Source: a virus. From it: a stretch of 64,000 bases of DNA. Location: IMG/VR virus record IMGVR_UViG_3300029374_000001, positions 96,001 to 160,000 of that record; one strand, written 5' to 3'. The notes below the pieces were generated by a model. That model ran no database searches. It was not told the DNA's origin and saw nothing but the letters and a program-made list of their open reading frames with translations. The translations under genes and the position numbers were made by a program. Of this stretch, positions 20,837 to 29,883 are shown piece by piece. Positions within the stretch are counted from its first letter, which is position 1. Each line of letters starts with the position of its first letter.

Positions 20837-21358
20837 TTACTTTTCAAATGTTATATGCGAATTTATCAATTCATTATAATGCTTGTTGGATTCAATCATT
20901 GTATTTTCATAAGGAATGATAAATTTAATCTCTCCTTCTATTTCATCATAGATTGCTGTAGCAGTAGATACATGAACAGTCGATTTACTCATATTGGCTA
21001 AAGTATTCATAATATCATATGCCTTGGTATATTCTTCATCTATAAGTTTATTATAAAAAATATAAGCATTATGAACTTTATTATGGTCAAATACTTGGAA
21101 GCATCCGATATTCTTCATCTTACCCTGTTCTATAATCAGATTACTAAGCTCTTTTGTTATATAAAACTCAGGAACATGATCTTTTACATTCTTTGATGTA
21201 AAATTGGCGACATTAAAATCAATAAGAAGATTAATAACACGATTAAATGCAGCAGATATAGTTATATTGATAATAGACAAATCATCTATACAGCTTCCAT
21301 CTTTAATATTAATTGTTTTACAGAATTTTTCATCACAGATTCCATTGATTAGATTCAT
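20837..21358 (-). CDS. hypothetical protein (173 aa from the refined start)
   Basis: The ORF track gives a start at 21439. The internal ATG at 21358 (MNLINGICDE...) is preceded by AGGAAGGTGA, whereas the first ATG sits inside a terminator hairpin. Confidence 0.5.
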   Translation of the reverse strand: MNLINGICDEKFCKTINIKDGSCIDDLSIINITISAAFNRVINLLIDFNVANFTSKNVKDHVPEFYITKELSNLIIEQGKMKNIGCFQVFDHNKVHNAYIFYNKLIDEEYTKAYDIMNTLANMSKSTVHVSTATAIYDEIEGEIKFIIPYENTMIESNKHYNELINSHITFEK

Positions 21359-21399
21359 TATAGGTTCACCTTCCTGAGAGATAAAATAGATAGTATTAC

Positions 21400-21449
21400 T
21401 ATGAAGTTTAAAAAATAATAAAAAATAAAAGAGAGTCATTAAGACTCTC
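21400..21449 (-). terminator. rho-independent terminator (GAGAGTC-TTAAT-GACTCTC plus T-run on the minus strand)
   Basis: Hairpin at 21431..21449 followed, on the minus strand, by TTTTATTTTTTATTATTTTTT. Confidence 0.6.
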
Positions 21450-21457
21450 AGATATTT

Positions 21458-21610
21458 TTACCACTGAATATCATTGATTGTACACATCACGATAACCAGC
21501 AGCATAAGTGGATATGCATACACATTTTTAATCTGTGTCTTACCATTCTCATCTTCATAGAACGGTTTCCACCATTTCCAAGATTTTCTACGATAATATT
21601 TTTCGTCCAT
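21458..21610 (-). CDS. small membrane protein (50 aa)
   Basis: Not in the ORF track because it is under 61 aa. ATG follows AAAGGAGCGAATTTAAA. It reads MDEKYYRRKSWKWWKPFYEDENGKTQIKNVYAYPLMLLVIVMCTINDIQW, with a C-terminal hydrophobic helix. Confidence 0.45.
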   Translation of the reverse strand: MDEKYYRRKSWKWWKPFYEDENGKTQIKNVYAYPLMLLVIVMCTINDIQW

Positions 21611-21640
21611 TTTAAATTCGCTCCTTTTGAAATAATAAAA

Positions 21641-21826
21641 TTATCCGACTTTCCAATTCTTTCTTAACTTAGTTATTTCTTCTCTTAAAGAAATAGCTTT
21701 AGCTGACATAGGGTGAGCATGAAGCCGATTAATCAGTTTCAAATATTCATCCTCTTTGGAATGAATATAATCTTCCATCTCGGCTTTAACTGATAATACC
21801 GGAACACCTTCTCTAATGACTAACAT
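21641..21826 (-). CDS. small hypothetical protein (61 aa from the refined start)
   Basis: The ORF track gives a start at 21859 with no SD. The ATG at 21826 (MLVIREGVPV...) lies 6 nt after AAGGAGA. It is downstream of conserved promoter P1. Confidence 0.5.
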   Translation of the reverse strand: MLVIREGVPVLSVKAEMEDYIHSKEDEYLKLINRLHAHPMSAKAISLREEITKLRKNWKVG

Positions 21827-21898
21827 TGCCATTCTCCTTCCTGATACTTTCCGTATCATAGAAAATATATAGATTAATATTTACTTTCACTCATATAG

Positions 21899-21928
21899 TA
21901 TATAAGTTAAAATAAATTAGATTACAAA
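21899..21928 (-). promoter_or_regulatory. conserved phage promoter P1 (TTTGTAATCTAA extended -35, 17 bp, TATATA)
   Basis: The minus strand reads aaaTTTGTAATCTAAtttattttaactTATATA. It is one of four copies sharing an identical 12-13-nt upstream element. Confidence 0.6.
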
Positions 21929-22006
21929 TTTAGATTTCGTATAACTAGTTAGTAAGAAATCATGTAGTTTAGCTGCGAATGATTTCTTAGAGATATACTT
22001 ATCGTA

Positions 22007-22186
22007 CTATGATAAGAGTATATCTTGTGCTTTGACAAGATTACTTAACAAGGTAATCTTGAAAGCGAGAATACACTCGTGATTATCTGGCGTATCTTTA
22101 ATCAATTTTAGATTTTCTAAAGCATCTTTCAGATATCCAGAAAACCAAAGAGCATATTCTTTGGAATTAATGTCTTTAGTAATCAT
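22007..22186 (-). CDS. small hypothetical protein (59 aa)
   Basis: Not in the ORF track. ATG follows AAAGGAGAATACGT. It reads MITKDINSKEYALWFSGYLKDALENLKLIKDTPDNHECILAFKITLLSNLVKAQDILLS. It is preceded by a structured 5' UTR and promoter P2. Confidence 0.45.
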   Translation of the reverse strand: MITKDINSKEYALWFSGYLKDALENLKLIKDTPDNHECILAFKITLLSNLVKAQDILLS

Positions 22187-22300
22187 ACGTATTCTCCTTT
22201 CGAGGCTTATAAGATTACACAGCTATAAAATCTTATAAGTCATATATTTGATATGGGAGAGATAGCCGGTAACTATCTCTTCCCTCTATCAAATATATAA

Positions 22301-22330
22301 TATATGATTTAGAAAATCTTAGATTACAAA
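22301..22330 (-). promoter_or_regulatory. conserved phage promoter P2 (TTTTTTGTAATCTAAG, 17 bp, CATATA)
   Basis: The minus strand reads ttttTTGTAATCTAAgattttctaaatCATATA, about 110 nt upstream of the 22186 start. Confidence 0.55.
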
Positions 22331-22345
22331 AAACAAAAGTGTATT

Positions 22346-22369
22346 CCCATAGACCATATGGTCTATGGG
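22346..22369 (-). terminator. hairpin terminator (CCCATAGACCATATGGTCTATGGG)
   Basis: Perfect palindrome 17 nt after the stop of 22386..22907. Confidence 0.55.
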
Positions 22370-22385
22370 AATTATTTGTAAATTA

Positions 22386-22907
22386 TTATTTCAACCAGCT
22401 AGGAGCTGGAGCAAATACTTTAACACTTTCATATGCTTTCACATATGTTCTTCCGGAACTATAGATCTTAGTTCCATCTTTCTTTACTTCAACAACCTGT
22501 GGGAATGTTCTTTCTCCAGCAGGAATTTCTTTAAGAGCCACCGATACATTAGACTTTTCTCTTCCACCAAGAGGAAGTTTACGTCCTGTATGGATATAGG
22601 TATTAATAAATTCTTTGCTGAATTCGATCAAAGCTTCTGCTTCACTTTTTTTGAATTCATGTTCTCTCATTAAGCTCTGTGCTTCTGCCATTGGGATCTT
22701 TGCCGCCGAACTCATGACAGATGCACACATTTCTCTAATTTTAGTAGATGGGTTATATGTAGATTCTTTACCACTTACCCCATATAGGTCTACTTTGTAG
22801 GTTGTGTCATTCATCATTGCACGCATAACTCTAATTTCATCCTTATGAGATGTTGTGCAAGTTGTTCCTTTATTGATGATTTTTAACAACTCTGCTACTT
22901 TCTCCAT
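22386..22907 (-). CDS. hypothetical protein (173 aa)
   Basis: Strong SD (AGGAGG, 9 nt, ATG). Globular, with a basic C-terminus. I could not confidently recognise a family. Confidence 0.55.
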   Translation of the reverse strand: MEKVAELLKIINKGTTCTTSHKDEIRVMRAMMNDTTYKVDLYGVSGKESTYNPSTKIREMCASVMSSAAKIPMAEAQSLMREHEFKKSEAEALIEFSKEFINTYIHTGRKLPLGGREKSNVSVALKEIPAGERTFPQVVEVKKDGTKIYSSGRTYVKAYESVKVFAPAPSWLK

Positions 22908-22947
22908 TTATAAAATCCTCCTAACTTTATAAACACAAATCATAGAA

Positions 22948-23106
22948 TTATGATTTAGTTTTATCTAATTTAGTTTTTGCCATATCATCAACGATGGTAA
23001 TAGCATTCATTAGTTTTCTCTTTGTATGGATATATCTATATAGATAATCTTTTAATTCTTCTCTGGAGTATTTAGAAATTGTCTCTAAGAATTCTTCTTT
23101 TTTCAT
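22948..23106 (-). CDS. possible small protein (52 aa)
   Basis: ATG follows AGGTGATAACT. It reads MKKEEFLETISKYSREELKDYLYRYIHTKRKLMNAITIVDDMAKTKLDKTKS. Not in the ORF track. Confidence 0.35.
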   Translation of the reverse strand: MKKEEFLETISKYSREELKDYLYRYIHTKRKLMNAITIVDDMAKTKLDKTKS

Positions 23107-23242
23107 AGTTATCACCTATCCTATTACTATCTAAGTTCGTTGAGATATAACTTTTAAATTCTCAAAACGACAGCTTACAATGTAGTTATCGAACACTTAT
23201 ATAAATTTTCATATTATTTTCAAATGAAAGGATATGTGCTAT

Positions 23243-26200
23243 ATGGCAACATCTATTGAAAAACTTGTTCCTCTTCGTTTGATGAAGACCAAACTTAAAT
23301 ACCCTACAGATCTTAAAGATCGTTATAAGGGTAGTGTTGTCTTCTTACTGACAAAATCTATAGATGGTTCTATAGACTTCTTAAATACCAATCAGTTCTT
23401 AGTGAATAATAAAACATTCTTGTCTTATTATATAGAGAAAGACTATACGTTTTATTTAGAATCTGCCGAAGAACCAAGAGATCATATGGTTGATTCTGTA
23501 TTAGAATCCTCTATGGGAGAACTCAATACTCAATATAATAATATATATGTGAAATCTGATTCAGCTACCTCTTTCTATCCAGATGCAGCACAATTGATTG
23601 CTATGAATGAAGATTTCGGAATCAATCAAAATTATCCCAATATATTTAGACGATTCTTATATAACGAACGCATCAAAAATCAAAAAGAAGCTATGACTCT
23701 TTATAAGAAGATCAAAGCTTCTATTGATTGGATTAAGTATACATACATTAATCTTTCTATCTATAAAAGAAAGAACTTAATTGTCGATTGGTCATATTAT
23801 GCAAATCTGTTCTTTAAGAATAATGAATTATATATCAGAGATAAAGGAATTGATCTGTTACATCATATGATGACAAGATATCTGAATGATGCTAGATTAA
23901 CTAATGAAGGATATAGCAGAAAGACAGTTATTATTCCAGTCAACGAATGGTGCAATGGAATCGAAGATAAAGTATTATTTGACTTTACTAAAAATATCAA
24001 TCCATTCTCTATGATCTTCCGTTTAACCAAACAAAAGAAAATATTCCCAAATGAATGGGAAGGAATTGATTTTATCGTTTGCTCTAAGAATGCTTATTTC
24101 AAAATAGACTTAAATAATTTCAGCATCAAAGAACTGGTTAGGTTTGTATACTTAACCAAGAAGTTAATTGCTAATGAAATTGCCGATGCAGATACAACGG
24201 ATGATGAAGAAACCATTGTAACTTCCGGATTAACCCAGAATAAAGAATTGTCTGGTAAAGATACAGAATATGTAACAGTCAAAGTTTCTGATGATGAAAA
24301 GAAAGAAGAAATTGTTGACGTTGCTCCAGAGCATAAAGAACCTATCGTTAACCCTGATGAAGACTGGTTAAAATCTGTCGTTGCTGATTTAGATGAGAAT
24401 TCTAAAGATACAGTCAAGATCAATGAAGCTAGACAAAAACGTATGGAAGAATTAGACAAGACATACGATAATACAGAAATTCATGGTAAGAAAGTTAAAA
24501 CAATCTTAGAGAACTACTATACCAAAGACAGATCTTTGAAGTCCGAACCTATTCCGATTGACTCTATCAATGAAGAATGGAAAAATATATCTTCATTAAA
24601 CTTAGAGAAGTCATACGATATTGATGAAGATATTGTTGCTATTCTTAAATCATTCCGATATAAATCCAGACCATTATCTATTGTATCTATGAAGATGGAA
24701 GATACTTCGACCAATATGGACTATGTCAATACATTGACTGTAGTAATGGAAGATGCTTATGGAACCAGATCCACTATTAAATTGGATATTCCTAAGTTTA
24801 TCAATCATCGGTTTATGAAACTAAGAGGAAACTTAAAAACTATTGCTGGTCAGTTAATCTTAATGCCTATCATTAAAACAGATGAAGATACAGCACAGAT
24901 TGTTACCTCTTATCATAAGATCTTTATTTACAGAATCAATCCATCCAATGGTTCTAAATCAACCAAAGGGGTATCTAAGCTAACCAAAGCTCTAAGTAAA
25001 CTAAATACAATAACTTCTAAATTGGAAGTATTTGAAGGAGATAATAGTTTTATCTGTTCTAAATATGAATTGCCAATCGAATATAGAGATTTGGCTGGTT
25101 TGTATTCCAGAATCAATTTAGGAGATGGAAGTTATGTGACGTTTGATTATGATAAAGCATTACAGCTTCCTACTGATAATAAGTATGATCAAGCAAAGCA
25201 TATTATATTTGGCTTTGATAATAAAACTAAGAAAGCAGTATATGGAGATAAAGAAAGATTATCTTTTGATATTGGAAATTTCTTAGCTTCTAAAGATAAA
25301 GCTTTTGGCGATCTCTATGTAAGTACAGTACCGTCTAATAAACTTTCTTATTCTGAAGCATCTATTATGAATACGGATATTCCTGTAATTATTTTGATGG
25401 CTTTCAGTGAAGGTTTACAGAAAGCGATGGATAAATCTAAGATTAAATATCGCTTCTCTGAAAAGAGACCAAAAGCAACAGATACAGAATCTGTTATTCG
25501 TTTTTCTGATGGATACATCATATACAATGATGAACACCCAGAAGATTCTCTATTAATGACTGGATTGACTAAGTGTGATTTGAGTTCCTATTCTATTAAA
25601 GATATTAATAGCAAATCTATGTGGTTAGATATCTTGGATGACTTTGGCGGACGTATCAAAGCAGATGGTTTAGATAACTTCTATGATTGCGAATTTGACC
25701 CTATGTCTATTGATATCTGTAAGAGAAAGAAGATTCCCTATGATTATATAGAAGCTTTAGCCTATGCTAATAAACTCTTAGCTTCTACGGAATATAACAA
25801 GCATGCTGATATTTCTGGAAATAGAATTAGAACTAATGAAATCTTAGCAGGATACTTATATCAAGTATTGGCTAATGCCTATGGAGATTATGCCAGCAAG
25901 TCTAAGAGAGTGGGTAAAGGAGTTAAACTCTCTATTAAACAATCTGCGTTAATAGATGCTCTTATGAAAGATCCCGGATTCTCCGATTTATCTGTGTCTT
26001 CTCCTTTATTAGAAGCAGAAGCTGCTACATCTGCATCGTTTAAAGGATTGTCTGGTATGAATGCGGATAGAGCATATACCTTAGATAAACGAGTATATGA
26101 TGAATCTATGCTTGGTATTCTGGGAGCATCTACAGGGTTTGCAGGTAATGTTGGTATTACCAGACCAATGACTATCAATGCGTCTATTCAGAATAGCAGA

Positions 26201-27535
26201 GGATTAATGGATCCTAAAAGGCCAAAAGATCTGAATACATTAAATACGTTAACTATATATGAAGCATTGACTCCTTATGCTACTACCCATGATGATCCTA
26301 TTCGTACAGCTATGGGATTTGTTCAGACAGTTAAACACCAGATGAGAGTTAAATCTTCTTCTCCCAGTTTAATTACATATGGCATGGATGAAGCTCTTCC
26401 TTACTTTACAACCGATATATTCTCCCATAAATTCAAAGGAGTTAAAGGCAAAGTATTAGACGTCAATGATGAATTTATTATTTATGAAACTATTGATGAA
26501 GATGGAAATAAATCAAAAGAATTTGTTGATTTGTCCGATCATACAATGAAGAACTCAGATGGTGGTTTCTATGTCACAGTTAAATTAAAGCCACAGGTTA
26601 AGAAGGGTCAAACTCTAAAGAAGAATGATATCTTAGCCTATGACCCAACTTCATATTCTCCCACTGTAGCTTCTGATAAGAATTCTAAAAATATTGCTTA
26701 TAATGCTGGTACATTAGCAAAGATCGCTATTATGTGTACTGATGAAGCATATGAAGATTCTTCTATTATCAATACAAGATTAGTAGATGCATTAACTTCA
26801 TTCTATGTAGTAGAAAAATTGTGTTCTTTAGATGCACACTCTAATGTATTCTCTTTAGCAGAAATTGGTAAACCTATTCAAGAAGGATCTCCTTTAATTG
26901 TATTCCAGAATGCATTTGAAGAAGAAGATGCTAATAAACTTCTTAAGAATATCAATGATGAAGAATTAGATGCTATTACAGATTTTGGTCGTATTCAAGT
27001 TCATTCTAAATTAACTGGTATATTACAAGATATCAAGATTAGAAGAACATGTGAACTTTCCGATCTGTCTCCATCATTAAAGAAGATTGTTACTCAATAT
27101 GAAAACGGTATTAAAGCTAAAAAGAAAAAGCTCTTATCTGCTGGAGTAAATCCAATAGAAGTAGAATCTATGTTAGAATCTACAGAAAAGATGCTTCCTG
27201 AGGGTAAACTGAAAAACACACCAAATGGTGTTATGTTTGAATTCTATATCAAATGTAGAGATAAAATGGGTGTAGGAGATAAGTTAACCTATAATACAGC
27301 CATCAAAGGTGTTGTTAAGGATATTATACCAGATGGTAAAGATCCTTATACAGATTTCAGAAAGAATGAACCTATTGATGCTTTATTAACTTCTGCATCC
27401 GTTAATGCTCGTATGGTTCCCTCTGTTATGATCTCTGGGGCTTTGAATAAAGTCTTAATTGAATTATCTAGACAATGTAAAGAAAAGTTAGGTATTCAGT
27501 GGACTAACTTAGAAAACAAAAACAATTTAGATTAA
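23243..27535 (+). CDS. very large hypothetical protein (1430 aa), function unknown
   Basis: Long uninterrupted ORF. The ATG at 23243 is preferred because GAAAGGA lies 10 nt upstream. I found no Walker A, no polymerase A/B/C motifs and no RNAP DFDGD motif. It has an acidic stretch around residues 320-400. Confidence 0.6.
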   Translation: MATSIEKLVPLRLMKTKLKYPTDLKDRYKGSVVFLLTKSIDGSIDFLNTNQFLVNNKTFLSYYIEKDYTFYLESAEEPRDHMVDSVLESSMGELNTQYNNIYVKSDSATSFYPDAAQLIAMNEDFGINQNYPNIFRRFLYNERIKNQKEAMTLYKKIKASIDWIKYTYINLSIYKRKNLIVDWSYYANLFFKNNELYIRDKGIDLLHHMMTRYLNDARLTNEGYSRKTVIIPVNEWCNGIEDKVLFDFTKNINPFSMIFRLTKQKKIFPNEWEGIDFIVCSKNAYFKIDLNNFSIKELVRFVYLTKKLIANEIADADTTDDEETIVTSGLTQNKELSGKDTEYVTVKVSDDEKKEEIVDVAPEHKEPIVNPDEDWLKSVVADLDENSKDTVKINEARQKRMEELDKTYDNTEIHGKKVKTILENYYTKDRSLKSEPIPIDSINEEWKNISSLNLEKSYDIDEDIVAILKSFRYKSRPLSIVSMKMEDTSTNMDYVNTLTVVMEDAYGTRSTIKLDIPKFINHRFMKLRGNLKTIAGQLILMPIIKTDEDTAQIVTSYHKIFIYRINPSNGSKSTKGVSKLTKALSKLNTITSKLEVFEGDNSFICSKYELPIEYRDLAGLYSRINLGDGSYVTFDYDKALQLPTDNKYDQAKHIIFGFDNKTKKAVYGDKERLSFDIGNFLASKDKAFGDLYVSTVPSNKLSYSEASIMNTDIPVIILMAFSEGLQKAMDKSKIKYRFSEKRPKATDTESVIRFSDGYIIYNDEHPEDSLLMTGLTKCDLSSYSIKDINSKSMWLDILDDFGGRIKADGLDNFYDCEFDPMSIDICKRKKIPYDYIEALAYANKLLASTEYNKHADISGNRIRTNEILAGYLYQVLANAYGDYASKSKRVGKGVKLSIKQSALIDALMKDPGFSDLSVSSPLLEAEAATSASFKGLSGMNADRAYTLDKRVYDESMLGILGASTGFAGNVGITRPMTINASIQNSRGLMDPKRPKDLNTLNTLTIYEALTPYATTHDDPIRTAMGFVQTVKHQMRVKSSSPSLITYGMDEALPYFTTDIFSHKFKGVKGKVLDVNDEFIIYETIDEDGNKSKEFVDLSDHTMKNSDGGFYVTVKLKPQVKKGQTLKKNDILAYDPTSYSPTVASDKNSKNIAYNAGTLAKIAIMCTDEAYEDSSIINTRLVDALTSFYVVEKLCSLDAHSNVFSLAEIGKPIQEGSPLIVFQNAFEEEDANKLLKNINDEELDAITDFGRIQVHSKLTGILQDIKIRRTCELSDLSPSLKKIVTQYENGIKAKKKKLLSAGVNPIEVESMLESTEKMLPEGKLKNTPNGVMFEFYIKCRDKMGVGDKLTYNTAIKGVVKDIIPDGKDPYTDFRKNEPIDALLTSASVNARMVPSVMISGALNKVLIELSRQCKEKLGIQWTNLENKNNLD

Positions 27536-27573
27536 TACATTCTAATAACCAACTGAAGATAGCGAGTTTCTTA

Positions 27574-27599
27574 GGGTATACGGAATATTCCGTATACCC
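27574..27599 (+). terminator. hairpin after the 1430-aa gene
   Basis: Perfect palindrome GGGTATACGGAATATTCCGTATACCC 39 nt after the stop codon. Confidence 0.5.
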
Positions 27600-27802
27600 A
27601 TTCGCTCGTCAAAAGGCCGCATTTCATTTCTAACATATTAGTAAAGGCTTTTGTATCTCTGATCATACCCGTCCATATATGATTATATACAATTGTCTAA
27701 AATTTCATAAATTTCCTCTTCTTGAAAATTTGTTTTCTCCTTATAATTCACTGTACTTTCTCCGGTACAGTGAATTATACCGCCAATATTACAATAAAAG
27801 AT

Positions 27803-27825
27803 CCCATAGCTCCTATGAGCTATGG
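27803..27825 (-). terminator. hairpin terminator of the small-membrane-protein cluster (CCCATAGCTC-CTAT-GAGCTATGG)
   Basis: A 9-bp stem with a 4-nt loop, directly downstream of the 27833 stop on the minus strand. Confidence 0.5.
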
Positions 27826-27832
27826 AACTTAT

Positions 27833-27991
27833 CTATTTAACAAGTACGATAATTGCTCCTACAATAAATACAGAGCATATTAATCCTGCCATATATTCTG
27901 GCATAACAACACCTAAGATTACATTCATAAATATAGATACCAGAATAACCACTACACATAGTAATATCTTTATGATATTTCCTATTCCCAT
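27833..27991 (-). CDS. small hydrophobic membrane protein (52 aa)
   Basis: It reads MGIGNIIKILLCVVVILVSIFMNVILGVVMPEYMAGLICSVFIVGAIIVLVK. It continues a series of minus-strand small genes. I prefer it over the plus-strand track ORF 27822..28013. Confidence 0.4.
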   Translation of the reverse strand: MGIGNIIKILLCVVVILVSIFMNVILGVVMPEYMAGLICSVFIVGAIIVLVK

Positions 27992-28167
27992 AATTTACCA
28001 CCACACTTCATGATATCATAAAATGCATACAATGAGCTAACTAAGTAAACGACAAATAAACATCCTGCAATTCCATATCTGTCATACGTTAAGCAATATG
28101 CAGAACAACTTCCGCATATGATGGACAATAGAATGCAAAGTATGCTAACCAATATTCTACAATGCAT
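27982..28167 (-). CDS. small Cys-rich membrane protein (61 aa)
   Basis: AGGAGG SD about 9 nt upstream. Hydrophobic core ILVSILCILLSIICGSCSAYCL. Confidence 0.5.
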   Translation of the reverse strand: MHCRILVSILCILLSIICGSCSAYCLTYDRYGIAGCLFVVYLVSSLYAFYDIMKCGGKLWE

Positions 28168-28180
28168 AATTTATAACCTC

Positions 28181-28267
28181 CTAACCTATCCAGTTATAAA
28201 GTATATATAACAATAATCCGAAGATCATACAAGCACAGTATTCATTCGTATATTTATTATTCATCAT
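28181..28267 (-). CDS. possible micro-protein (28 aa, hydrophobic)
   Basis: ATGATG about 9 nt after AAGGAG. It reads MMNNKYTNEYCACMIFGLLLYILYNWIG. Confidence 0.3.
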   Translation of the reverse strand: MMNNKYTNEYCACMIFGLLLYILYNWIG

Positions 28268-28375
28268 AATAAAAATCTCCTTATGATTACATAGAAATAT
28301 TCAGAGCAATATAGTGTTCGGATATTGTCTACAAGAAAATGGACGGGCTATAAGGGTTATAAAAAATAAAAAAAT

Positions 28376-28406
28376 AAAGAGCTTTTAAAAGCTCTTTATT
28401 TTTTTA
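28376..28406. terminator. bidirectional rho-independent terminator
   Basis: AAAGAGCTTTTAAAAGCTCTTT flanked by A-runs upstream and a T-run downstream. Confidence 0.6.
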
Positions 28407-28601
28407 TTAGCGAAACAGATCAATTACAACAAATAGAGATATAATTGCTGCTTTCAAACCAAGAACAATACATGCTGCCCAATCGCCAAGTTTACATAAA
28501 ACATTAATACCCTGTTTATGAGCTTGATCATAGAAATGAACACACCAATCCAGATCAATCAATACGATTGCAATTAATACAAAATACTGCCACCATTTCA
28601 T
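28407..28601 (-). CDS. small two-helix membrane protein, holin-like (64 aa from the refined start)
   Basis: The ORF track gives a start at 28631 with no SD. The ATG at 28601 (MKWWQYFVLIAIVLIDLDW...) lies 7 nt after AAAAGGAGGA. It has two hydrophobic segments and is downstream of promoter P3. Confidence 0.5.
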   Translation of the reverse strand: MKWWQYFVLIAIVLIDLDWCVHFYDQAHKQGINVLCKLGDWAACIVLGLKAAIISLFVVIDLFR

Positions 28602-28670
28602 TTTTAAGTCCTCCTTTTGACTTGTTACCATTAGATGATATGATTTATCATTTCTTATTCATCTCTATAA

Positions 28671-28700
28671 TATATAATTTATCAAAAGTTAGATTACAAA
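28671..28700 (-). promoter_or_regulatory. conserved phage promoter P3 (TTTTGTAATCTAAC, 17 bp, TATATA)
   Basis: The minus strand reads catTTTGTAATCTAActtttgataaatTATATAttatagagatgaa. It is near-identical over about 45 nt to P4. Confidence 0.6.
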
Positions 28701-28724
28701 ATGTCTATAATACCCACCTTTATA

Positions 28725-28835
28725 TTATTTAAAGAGCATATCTTCTAATAAAACACCATTGATAATATCATATGCCATAATAGCCCACATAATAGCTAAG
28801 ATGGCTACAAAGATATAACTCATCTTCTTTTTCAT
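28725..28835 (-). CDS. possible small membrane protein (36 aa)
   Basis: ATG 8 nt after AAGGAG. It reads MKKKMSYIFVAILAIMWAIMAYDIINGVLLEDMLFK. Confidence 0.35.
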   Translation of the reverse strand: MKKKMSYIFVAILAIMWAIMAYDIINGVLLEDMLFK

Positions 28836-28864
28836 TGTATGTACTCCTTTTATGAAATTCTATG

Positions 28865-29734
28865 TTAAAAAGTATTTGTTTCTGTCATGATATTTTCTAT
28901 ATGAATCTTTAGACTATTTGTCGATTCATCATAGGTAAAATAAAATAGATATCCATTTCTGGTAAAGAATTTAAAATTTTCTATATGCGCATGAGCGATA
29001 TGAACGTCATTAAAATCCTTCACATCAGATTCTCTTAATTTAAAATGAGAAAAAAGCTCTCTAATTCTTTCGAAATCTTCCTTAGTTGTAAATCTTTCGA
29101 TAATATGCATCCCAAACCCCTTATATCCAATAGGTTTGAACACCCCATCATCGTCAAATTCGATTCTATACACTTCTCCCGTGTACTTATACGTGGGCAG
29201 CACAGATTTCTCTATTAAATCGTAAAAATGGTGAATTTCGGAATGATCATTACTATGAAGAAGTTCATCTAAAAGATCGGACGTTAATATATCATATGAG
29301 TTTATCACAACTTCATTCATGATATTTTCCAATAAATCGTCAGACTTTACGAAATGAAAATCTTCATCAAAGTTTCCATTTTCTATATTTCTTTCTTTTT
29401 CTATATAAGGCGGAATGGTGTAAAACTCCATTTCATTTTCGGAATCATATAAAATATCCCAAGTTCTATTACTATAAATGGCCGTTATGACTATACTAAA
29501 CTCTTCTTTATATTTCTCATATCCATTCATTAATGTAAAAAAGTCCGGAATGCTATAAGAAAAAAGTACAATATGATCTTCTTTATGATTTTCGGAACGA
29601 AAGATATCTTCTAATTTATTCATAAGATCAAAATATGTAACGCATATATCATATACTTTTCCAAGTCTATTAAGAACTAACTTATTATTTTCAAAAAATT
29701 TCGGTAATACAAAAAGCTCAATCTTAGTCATCAT
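28865..29734 (-). CDS. hypothetical protein (289 aa)
   Basis: ORF with SD AAAGGAGAACTATG. It is the first gene transcribed leftward from the divergent non-coding region. Confidence 0.55.
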   Translation of the reverse strand: MMTKIELFVLPKFFENNKLVLNRLGKVYDICVTYFDLMNKLEDIFRSENHKEDHIVLFSYSIPDFFTLMNGYEKYKEEFSIVITAIYSNRTWDILYDSENEMEFYTIPPYIEKERNIENGNFDEDFHFVKSDDLLENIMNEVVINSYDILTSDLLDELLHSNDHSEIHHFYDLIEKSVLPTYKYTGEVYRIEFDDDGVFKPIGYKGFGMHIIERFTTKEDFERIRELFSHFKLRESDVKDFNDVHIAHAHIENFKFFTRNGYLFYFTYDESTNSLKIHIENIMTETNTF

Positions 29735-29883
29735 AGTTCTCCTTTTATAAAAAACGCAAGATAATCATTCTAAAAAACTTAGAATGATTATTCAAGTGTC
29801 ATCATATCTTCCAAGATTAAAAAAACGCCATATGATTTCTCCATAAATTATAAAGGAGTTTTATATATTTATCATTCGCAATA

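Noticed and set aside
20817-20876. A 19-aa plus-strand micro-ORF after GGGAGG at 20803
   Set aside because: It is too short, overlaps the 3' end of the minus-strand gene, and is probably a chance SD-ATG.
24094-24459. 121-aa minus-strand ORF inside the 1430-aa gene
   Set aside because: It is antisense to an uninterrupted long ORF, has a Ser-rich low-complexity product, and has no SD.
23243-27535. The 1430-aa protein as a DNA or RNA polymerase
   Set aside because: It has no DxxSLYPS/YGDTDS, no DYSQIELR/K...YG, no NADFDGD, and no Walker A. I leave it as unknown.
27822-28013. Plus-strand 63-aa track ORF
   Set aside because: The opposite strand encodes a well-formed hydrophobic 52-aa product that continues the minus-strand small-gene series and ends at a hairpin terminator. 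The plus-strand product (ITTPKITFINIDTRITTT...) looks like an AT-rich translation artefact.
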